In this document: piece after piece, positions 1-9,219 of the stretch
How the letters are laid out: every line of letters begins with the position of its first letter
Numbering within the stretch: position 1 is the first letter of the stretch
Source: Ascoidea asiatica JCM 7603
Lineage: Eukaryota > Fungi > Ascomycota
Direction of reading: 5' to 3'
Assembly: GCA_001600695.1 (NCBI GenBank)
Contig: BCKQ01000003.1
Span: 2,006,034-2,066,014, forward strand
DNA length: 59,981 bases
Position numbers and translations under genes: made by a program
Notes under the pieces: generated by a model
Databases searched by the model: none
What the model saw: only the letters and a program-made list of their open reading frames with translations
What the model was told of the DNA's origin: nothing

Positions 1-544
1 CTTGTATTTCTTTGCTCTTCATCTTTTTACTTCATATATACATTTATATTTATAATGGTATTTACATTAATACATTCATCATCATTAAATGCTTTATCAA
101 TGAGGTGAGTTTTTTCCAATTCAGTTTCTGCTGTGTCGTTGATTGGCGTTAATCAACTTCTCTTCAGGAGGACAAAGAGGAGCAATCAGTGAAATTACCG
201 CTTTGAGAAGTCGGTGTTCCGGTAGTCCAGCCTTCTGGTCAGGTGTTGTGTGGCTAATGGGGCCAGGCAATGAACCCCCGGAAAGTGGGGGTGAAGAAGT
301 GTGCAAAGCTCGGCTACTGCTTTTTGTTAGCTGATTTAATGAGATGAGCCAGTTTAAACTACTAAGTGACTTTACTGTACTGCAGCAGCATTATCCTTTA
401 TTTGTTTCGAAATCCCTATTCTTTGAGTTATGTTATATACTATATATTTCATTTGATATGTCTTGAAGTTTTTAAAATAATCAAGGAAACAGGTAAAGAA
501 TAGTAATAGGTATAAAAAGTAAATAATATTCGTGAATTGTCAAT

Positions 545-1450
545 ATGCTTAGTAGTGGTGTTAAAATAATTTCTCCTCAAGCTTTTACAATTTTGAAAAG
601 TGCAACTAATTCAAGAGTTATTCCTGTTGATTCAACATGGTATATGCCAAACTTTGATAAAACTGGTTTTGATGATTTTAAAAATGAAAGAATTCCAAAT
701 TCAGTTTTTTTTGATATTGATGAAGCAAAAGATTTGAATAGTATATATCCTCATATGTTACCAAAAAAACATTTTTTTGATGAATTTGTAAGTAATTTAG
801 GAATTAAAAATAATGATTGTCTTGTATTTTATGATAAATTAGGTAATTTTTCAAGTTGTAGAGCAGCTTGGACTTTTAATGTTTTTAATCATTCAAATAT
901 TTTCTTATTAAATAATTATCCTTTATATAAATCTCTGGGTTATAAAATTGAAAAAAATTTTGTAAATTCTCAAACTTATTTACCAAAATCAAATTATATT
1001 TCAAAATCTTTTCAACAAAATAAAATAATTTCTTTTGAACAATTTAAAAAAATTATTATATCTGATAAACGTTATAATTATACAATCTTAGATGCTAGAA
1101 GTTTTGATAGATATTCTGGTCAAAGTCCAGAACCAAGAGTTGGTTTACCTTCTGGTCATGCTCCTTCTGCTATATCTTTACCTTTTAATCAATTTTTAAA
1201 ACCAGAAGATAAAACTTTTATTGATAAAGATACTATTCTAAAAATTTTAAAACATAAAAATATAACTGATGATAAACCAATTATTGTAATGTGTGGAACT
1301 GGTGTCACTGCTTGTATTATAAAATCAGTTTTGGAAATTGCAGATTATGGTTCTAAAGGAATTCAAGTCTATGATGGTAGTTGGACTGAATATGCTCAAA
1401 GAGTTGATCCAACTCTTATAATAACTGGAATAGATACTCCAAATTTATAA
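545..1450 (+). CDS. TUM1: Rhodanese-type thiosulfate/3-mercaptopyruvate sulfurtransferase
   Basis: Two rhodanese domains: VDSTWYMP, RIPNSVFFDID, YPHMLP, LDARS..RY.G..PEPR.GLPSGH, active-site loop MCGTGVTAC, C-terminal YDGSWTEY. Confidence 0.95.
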   Translation: MLSSGVKIISPQAFTILKSATNSRVIPVDSTWYMPNFDKTGFDDFKNERIPNSVFFDIDEAKDLNSIYPHMLPKKHFFDEFVSNLGIKNNDCLVFYDKLGNFSSCRAAWTFNVFNHSNIFLLNNYPLYKSLGYKIEKNFVNSQTYLPKSNYISKSFQQNKIISFEQFKKIIISDKRYNYTILDARSFDRYSGQSPEPRVGLPSGHAPSAISLPFNQFLKPEDKTFIDKDTILKILKHKNITDDKPIIVMCGTGVTACIIKSVLEIADYGSKGIQVYDGSWTEYAQRVDPTLIITGIDTPNL

Positions 1451-1823
1451 ATATAACCTTAATAATAGAAGTAAAGTTAACTTATTTGACTAATATAAAA
1501 GATATCGATAGAATAGTTTTTTTTATATTTTATTACGTAACTGATTATGTAAGGATATAGTTACCTTTGGCTTGGGCCTACCCGCCACCACAACTAAACC
1601 AGCCGGATTTCAAATGCGCCACTCAGTTCTATTTAGGTATCAAAACATGAATATACTATTTAGTAATAGTAAGACTATATTATAGAAAATAATTTAAGAT
1701 GATTTAAATGATTTCAATTAAATTGAATAAATTCAATCATTCAAACAATTCTCTAATTGAATTACAAATTATATATTATTTAATTTATCATCTTAGAGGC
1801 TTTTCAATAAATGAATTTATATT

Positions 1824-3248
1824 ATGAATTTATTATTTAATCAAACTCAAAATAAAATTGTACAACTTCCTTTAAATTCTGAATGGAGATTTGAAGTAGG
1901 TTTTGATGAAAAATTAATACTTAAAATAACTGAAGGAACTGCAGAAATAAATGGTACTGAATTTCCAAATGAAATAGATTTTACTTTTATTGGTATAAAG
2001 TCTTCAATTTTTACTTTTACTGGTTGTAAAATTCAATATCATGGTACTTTATCTTCTGAATATATTTCTGATGAAACTTTTATGAATCAATATTTGAATT
2101 TATCTTTTATTTTAGAAAAATTAAGATTTCAAAAAATTTCTCCAAATTTATTAATTATTGGTCCAAAAGATTCTGGAAAATCAACAATTTCAAAAATTTT
2201 ATTAAGTTATTCATTAAAATTAGAAAAATCTCCAATATATGTAAATTTAAATCCAAGTGAAGGTATTTTTTCAACTCCTGGTACTTTAATTGCAACTAAA
2301 ATTAATGATATTTTAGATATAGAAAATGGTTGGGGTCAAAGTATAACTTCTGGTCCCTCAATATTACATTCAAAACAACCAATTGTAAAATATTTTGGTT
2401 TTGATTCAATTAAAGAAAATTTAAAATTTTTTGAATATCAAGTTTCAAGATTAGGAAAAGCTGTTTTATCTAAATTAGAAAATAATTCAAATAATAATAA
2501 TATAAATAATGATTTTTCTGGAATTATAGTCGATACTCCTCCTTTTTCAAACAAATTAAAAGATTTAACAACTAATGACGATATTGATGGTTTAAAAATA
2601 ATTGAAAATATAATTTCGGATTTTGAAATTAATATAATTTTAGTAATAGGAAATGAAAGATTATTTATAGATTTAAAAAAAAAATTATCAAATAAAATTA
2701 ATTTTAATAATAAAAATAAAATTTTTTTTCAAATACTTAAAATAAATAAAAATAATGGTTGTGTAGATAAAACTGATGTTTTTACAAGAGCTTTACAACA
2801 GAAAAGTATTAAAGAATATTTTTATGGTTTTTCAAAAACTATTTTATCTCCATATACAATAACTGTAAATTATCAAGATTTAATAATTTATAAAATTAAA
2901 GATTCAAAAATTTTATTTCAAGAAAAAGAAGAAATGAAATTAAAAGAAGAAGAATTAGCCTTAGAATTAGGTAATAATAAAAATAATATTGAACTTCCAA
3001 CAAAAAATGAAAATAATTTCCTAACAAAAATTGAAATAAATAATGCAAATGTTCAAAATACTATTTTAGCAATTTCTCAAGCTGAATTAAATGATTCAAT
3101 GGATATAATATTAAGATCTTCAGTTATGGGTTTTGTTTATATTTCTTTTGCTGATGATAATAAAAAGCAATTAAGAATGTTATTACCTAGTCAGAGTCGA
3201 TTACCTAGAAACCCATTGATTCTTGGTGAATTTAGATATGTTGAATAA
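1824..3248 (+). CDS. CLP1: mRNA cleavage and polyadenylation factor Clp1
   Basis: N-terminal SEWRFEV / GTAEINGTE domain, Walker A GPKDSGKST, GWGQSITSG, QPIVKYFG, IKEYFYG..TILSPY, SSVMGFVYI. Confidence 0.95.
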   Translation: MNLLFNQTQNKIVQLPLNSEWRFEVGFDEKLILKITEGTAEINGTEFPNEIDFTFIGIKSSIFTFTGCKIQYHGTLSSEYISDETFMNQYLNLSFILEKLRFQKISPNLLIIGPKDSGKSTISKILLSYSLKLEKSPIYVNLNPSEGIFSTPGTLIATKINDILDIENGWGQSITSGPSILHSKQPIVKYFGFDSIKENLKFFEYQVSRLGKAVLSKLENNSNNNNINNDFSGIIVDTPPFSNKLKDLTTNDDIDGLKIIENIISDFEINIILVIGNERLFIDLKKKLSNKINFNNKNKIFFQILKINKNNGCVDKTDVFTRALQQKSIKEYFYGFSKTILSPYTITVNYQDLIIYKIKDSKILFQEKEEMKLKEEELALELGNNKNNIELPTKNENNFLTKIEINNANVQNTILAISQAELNDSMDIILRSSVMGFVYISFADDNKKQLRMLLPSQSRLPRNPLILGEFRYVE

Positions 3249-3726
3249 GTGGTTAAAGTGATACTTTTTTTTTACTTTTTTTTTATATATGCACTATACT
3301 GTATATATATTCAATTTCAATTTTATTGAATAGAAATACATTTTATTTTTTCGAATATTAATGATCAGATTTCTTTTTACAGAAAAAAGTGGAAAACAAT
3401 TGTTTATTCATTCAGCACTGAAATCATTTATTCTGAAAAAGAAGCGAGTTAAAACTTTCAATAAATATTTACTATGCAATATTTAAAGCATAATAGTAAG
3501 TACACTACCGCTAGAAGAAAAGAATAATTGAAAATCTCACTTGCTACAATTGTAATTCATACAAGTTCTTAAGCAATTTAATTAATAGTTTCAATAATAA
3601 TATTTGAGAAGTTTTTTAAAAGTAAATGAAAGCAAATAAACTTTTGGCAGTAAATTAAAAAGAAATAACCTATTTAGAAAGAATAAAGATATTTATAAAG
3701 CGAAAGACAATAATGAAAAATCAAAA

Positions 3727-6117
3727 TTAAGTGCTTAAATTATAGACTAATGAATGTGAATCTAAAGAGCTTGAATTTAATGTAGGGCTATCCAGGTGAA
3801 GTGGCTTTGAAGTAGCAAATTTTTCATTGTAAGTATTTGAAAAGGAAGAGGTAATATTATTATCATGAAAGTCGTTCATCATTTCAAATTTATATTTCAA
3901 TTGTAGATTTTCATCTGTTAACCGAAAATTATCTAGTTTAAGTTGTTGGGATTTCTCTTTAAATATTTCCGCGATTTTTTGATATTTTTGAAAATTGGTT
4001 TCTAAATCTTCCACACTTTTCAATGATGATCTGATCTTATTATACTTTTCACTTAATTTGACAAGTTTTTCTAAAACCTGTTTATTGACTTTGATTGAAT
4101 TTTTATATGATTCATTAATCCTGAATATTTCTTGGCAAGCTCTTTTATATTTCGTTTTGAGGTTTGTATTCTTATCCTTAAATGATGAAATCTCATTTTC
4201 TAAAATCTGAGTTGATAATTTAGCACTTTTCTTTGAGCCATCAACTTCTCTATTCAAAAGAATTAAATCATTATTCTGTTTGTTTATTTGATTAGACAAT
4301 TTTGAGTTTTCCTTAATTAGCTTGATGTTTTCATCGATTAATTCGTGATTTCTTGTGGATAAACAAGAATTTTTATCTGTTAAACTGGAATTAGCTTCTG
4401 TCAATCTAGAATTTTTTCTTTTATAATGATCCATTTCATGATGTAAAGTTAAATTATTCATATTTAAATCTGTATTCATTGTTTTCAAAGATAAAACATC
4501 ACTATTATTATTAATTAATTTATTGGATATTTCTTCCTTCTCTTTGATCAATTGAGATATTCTTGAATTTAAAGATTCATTTTGATCATACAATGCTTTA
4601 TTTGAATTTCGAAGATTAGATATCTCAACATTTTTTTGACCTATAGAATCTGTAATTTTACTTGAAATATTATTAATTATTTTATTATCAATATCTTCAG
4701 ATTGACCAGCTTGAGCTTGAGAATAAACAATTGAAGCAGATTCAGAGTCTTCACTTGAATTATATTCATCATAATCATCATTATCTTCTTCTTCACCTTT
4801 TTCATTATCACTATCCATCTGAGCTTCTTTTTCGCCATCTAATTTTATTGGACTTTGTTTTTTAATAGAAAGATCTTTCAATTCAGAAGGTTTACGATTA
4901 ATATCTAAATTTTTTTTAGCAGAATGAATTTCCGAAGCATTTGGTTGTATTTCCTCATGAAAAGCCTGATTTTTTTCTGATTCTTCTTCATTCACTATTT
5001 TTTTAGCATCTAATTTGTTATTATTTTTTTCTTTAGATTCATAATCATTCCTCCTTTCGGTATCTAGTGGAAAATCAGTAGTCTGCTCAGAGTGATCTAC
5101 ATACTGGGTTATTACGGTAGATTTGGACTGCTTTGTGGTTATAGAGCTTGATTGATTAGTTTCATGGATTATATTACTGGAATAATGGTTGCTATTATTT
5201 ATGAAATCAAAAATATCAAATAACTTTTCTTTCAAAAAGTTGATTTTTAGGTTATTATTATATAAAACAAATTGGTTTGAGTTTTGGGTTTTGAACAATA
5301 TATCATTCAATTGATTAACTTGTGATTGCAAAAATTCATTTTGCTTAATTAAGGAATTCAAATCAATAGGAGTATTAGTATAACATGTTGAAGGTGGAGG
5401 TGGTGGGATTTGTTGAATTTGTTGAGACTGTGGAGGAAGGTTATTTGCATATGGATCTGGCATTACAGGTGGCGTATCAATATCTGATATGAAAGACTCC
5501 TGCAGGAGATTCTGTTCTTTACTTGAAATCATCAATGATCCTGAAGATAAAGAAGGTGCAACTTTCTCGTCAATATTTTCGATATCATCGTTATGAAGCA
5601 CCCTATTATTATCATCATCATCGTCTTCGCTATCATCTTCACTATCATCCTCCGAATCAGAGCCAAAATGATTATTGGATATGCCTTTTAAAATATTTTC
5701 AGACTGTTGATTATTATTTTCATTTCTTTCAATTATATGTTGGTTATGATTGGTTTCACTGAAAGCTTTATTACTTTGCAAGTCGGCATCTTGAAAGTTA
5801 TCTATATCTTGATTTTGTTCGTCTATATTATCTCCCTGTATGTGATTGACTGATATTGAGGAAGATTCTGAATTTGACTCTGCAAAAGAATTGAATATAA
5901 ATGAATTGGAATGAGAACGATGAGAAAGAGAAATTGAATGTGCTTTGGGATTTGTATTATATGTATTTGTAACAGAAGCGGAATGTAATGATTGAATTTG
6001 AGAAGCAATTATTGAAACCGAATAGGAATGATTAGATGCTAAGTCATCTAATTTTGATTTCGAAAGACCAGCTCTATTGAAATGAGATCTGTTAGTGAAA
6101 CGAGACAGTTCAGACAT
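3727..6117 (-). CDS. Uncharacterised 796-aa protein with Ser/acidic low-complexity N-terminal half and long C-terminal coiled coil
   Basis: 2.4-kb uninterrupted ORF with ATG in A-rich context; heptad-like L/N/E/K-rich region over roughly the last 270 aa; no recognisable family motif. Confidence 0.7.
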   Translation of the reverse strand: MSELSRFTNRSHFNRAGLSKSKLDDLASNHSYSVSIIASQIQSLHSASVTNTYNTNPKAHSISLSHRSHSNSFIFNSFAESNSESSSISVNHIQGDNIDEQNQDIDNFQDADLQSNKAFSETNHNQHIIERNENNNQQSENILKGISNNHFGSDSEDDSEDDSEDDDDDNNRVLHNDDIENIDEKVAPSLSSGSLMISSKEQNLLQESFISDIDTPPVMPDPYANNLPPQSQQIQQIPPPPPSTCYTNTPIDLNSLIKQNEFLQSQVNQLNDILFKTQNSNQFVLYNNNLKINFLKEKLFDIFDFINNSNHYSSNIIHETNQSSSITTKQSKSTVITQYVDHSEQTTDFPLDTERRNDYESKEKNNNKLDAKKIVNEEESEKNQAFHEEIQPNASEIHSAKKNLDINRKPSELKDLSIKKQSPIKLDGEKEAQMDSDNEKGEEEDNDDYDEYNSSEDSESASIVYSQAQAGQSEDIDNKIINNISSKITDSIGQKNVEISNLRNSNKALYDQNESLNSRISQLIKEKEEISNKLINNNSDVLSLKTMNTDLNMNNLTLHHEMDHYKRKNSRLTEANSSLTDKNSCLSTRNHELIDENIKLIKENSKLSNQINKQNNDLILLNREVDGSKKSAKLSTQILENEISSFKDKNTNLKTKYKRACQEIFRINESYKNSIKVNKQVLEKLVKLSEKYNKIRSSLKSVEDLETNFQKYQKIAEIFKEKSQQLKLDNFRLTDENLQLKYKFEMMNDFHDNNITSSFSNTYNEKFATSKPLHLDSPTLNSSSLDSHSLVYNLST

Positions 6118-9100
6118 TTTTTTTTTTGTGATAATTATATTTGCATCAAATTTTGATTGAAAAAAAAAGGATAATAGATAAGATAAGAAGAACTTTTCTT
6201 AGATGAAATTCTTTGAAATATTGTTAACTCAAAATGAGTAAGAAATAAAAATTGAATAAAATATTAATGAAATTTAAATCAGAATTTAAATTTAAGAAAA
6301 AGGTATTAAAGGGGAAAAGGGGGTATTTTAGTGAAAAGTTTTTATTTTATTTAAATTAAGGTATAACTTTTAAAAATTAAAATTTTAATTTAATTAAGAT
6401 TAATGGTAACTTGATGCTCAAATAAATGGTATTATTTGTAAATGGAAAATAAATTAATTTTATATAGTAAATATAAAAGATGAATATTGAATATTGAAAT
6501 AATTTATAAATAAAAATTAAAATAAAAAAGTGAGGAAAAGTGAGGAATATTATGGATTATTATTAATATGCTTAAAAGTTGTGTTGCTAGGATTGTAACT
6601 AAATTTGAGAACAATTATTTAAATTGGTAATAGGTCTTTTAGTTAATAAATTTGATTTAAAGCTATTTGAAATATTTTATTATAATTATAAAAAGACTTC
6701 TTTAATTACTTTAACTTGGTTAATTTAACCTTTAGTTTAATATTTAATAAGTGTTGATTTTATTTATTTTATGTTTTTTTTTTTTGGTTTTTTTCATAAA
6801 ATTTGATATTAGCAATTAATAATTTCGTTTTTAATTGAAGAGATAAAAAATATGAAAAGAAGTTAAAATTTTTATCAAACAGTAAATCTGTATTCTTCCT
6901 TCTAATAATTTCAATAGTGAAAATTGATTAATATATTTTCATTTAAGTGTACACTTCAGAGGATGAAAGGTTGAAAATTGAGATTAAATACTGGAAAGAA
7001 AAACAGATAGAGTAAAAAAGTGATAGGAATTTTAAAAGGTGATGATAGAGTAAAATAATTAAAAGTAATAGAATAAATGAATAAATAGGGATTTAAAAAG
7101 ACTTTAAAGTATGAATGAGAAAATTTATTGTATTGTAAAAGAGAGTATAGAATACTTACTCGAGTTCTAGTAATGATAACTTTTTTAGTAAAAGTTGAGG
7201 TAATGTTAAAGTTTTTGAAAAAGTGACTGGAATATTTAATTTTAAAATAATGACTCTGAAAATGATTAAAATTGTCTTGATTGAACTAAAATTATATTAA
7301 TTCTTTAGACCAGTAAAGTAGGAGTTAATTTTAAGGAAAAAGTGAGAATTCTTTAAATAATATTAATGGGTGAAATAAAAAAAATATAATTGGGAATTAA
7401 AGTATTCTAGAGAGTCTAATATATTCAAATAATCGAAAATCAAGCTTAATTTGGAATATATATTATATTATATTATATTATTGTATTGTATTGTATATTT
7501 ATATTTGAATCCTTATTTTAACCTTGTCATTGAAGAAATACAGAAAGTAATTAAGTAAGTGGTATTGTTATAACAATATTAATGAAAATAATAGAGAAAT
7601 AATGTTTTGAGATAAAGAGTCTACGTTCTAAGAACCAGTGAGATAACAATTTTTCTTGAGTAATCTAAAATGAGGAGATAATTGTGATTGAATTACAATT
7701 AAAAGTATATTCAATTCAGTCAAAATTTAATTTAATTCAATTCGAGTAGCACTGTTGAAAAGAATGATTAAATTGATTGAAATCAAATTGTCTTAAGATT
7801 TAATTGTTTAAGATCCAATTGTGATAGTTGTAGTTGTAGGTTATTGTTAACTTTTGCAAGATAATGTTATTTCAGTATTTCAAGCAGTTAAAGAAAGTAT
7901 CAAAGAGGATGATAGACGCTTTTCTTCACCTGAAATGGTTTTGATCCTATTTCTGAAATCCAATTGAAATCGAAGAGGAATATTTACCGGTTACACTGCA
8001 GGACAGTTAAACGAACCATATTTTTATTATTATTGTTACTATTACTATTTTACCATGATTTGAACTATGGTTGCAACTATGGTTTATGCTCCAAAACACT
8101 TCACCACTGACTTGATGTTTGCAAATCATGAAACCTTTTCAAACACGAACTTCATTCATTGGATGGAGTAGCCATGAATATATTGATTATTAACGATTTG
8201 TTATCAGATACACACCTTCCTTTTCTCAACAACTCACAAAATCAAAGGTCCATGCCAGACTCAGTTTTGACGACCCACCGCCACCAAACGAACACCCTTC
8301 GGGATCCCGAAAAAGTCTTAGTCCTCTTTGTGAACAGTCGAACACCCTCGTCTCCCAAAGCCAAGTCTCGAACATCAGACCTCTTTCTGACGAGACACAT
8401 CAACCTAACATATTTTATATTCTGTCCTATATCCTGATAAGATAATAACATCCAGAAAATTCAAAGACATATCCGGAATTCAGCCGTACCATTAAAAGTA
8501 GCTGTGCACTATCTTGCATTGTATCCATAACTTTGGATCGATAATATTGATGTATGTTTTTCGGACTTAAGCACTGCCACATTCTACGCCATTGGATGGT
8601 TTTGGGGCTCTGGGTCACATGGTCGCTTCTCTAAAATGCAACTGTTACCGGTGCAAAATCTCACCAAGGTTGGTTTCAAACCCTGACGATAATGCGCACA
8701 CATTCTACGCATGTTGTACGCATGTTGTACACATGTTGTGCGCTTCGTGCACGGTTATTGCACGCATCGTTCGCGCTTTTTTGCCATGCCAGACCATTGT
8801 TTTGATTCTGGTTAACGTTACTATGCAGGCGAAGAATAAAATAAAGTGTTAGCAATCTCCATTTGAGAATTTATAATGGCAATGAAATCATGATTGATGA
8901 ATGATAAATGAATCATATTGTGAGTATTGATTGACAAATGGATTGAGAAATAAACAGTGCTTTTTATTTATTTGGCAATTGTTTCAATTCAGCTCCTCAA
9001 ATAACAATTGTCAAACATACAATATTCTAGCAACATTTGATTATTAGAATTCAGCTTCATTCAAATCACTCATTTCAAAATTATATAATTTCAAGTTTAA

Positions 9101-9219
9101 TCCTCATCTACTATTTCAGTAGCTTTGGGAGGCAAAAAAGAAATAGGAAATTCAGAATTTAAAATCTAAAGTTTGAAAGAAAAATCTAAAAGAAACATTA
9201 AAAGAAAGGTTACTTGGGA

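Noticed and set aside
8159-8852. Short ORFs in GC islands (also 121-334, 19508-19795, 21087-21377, 30074-30648, 33784-34254, 45243-45708, 50547-50758, 54363-54608, 56227-56624)
   Set aside because: Stop codons are rarer in GC-rich DNA; codon usage differs from true genes here; frames overlap on both strands; no motifs.
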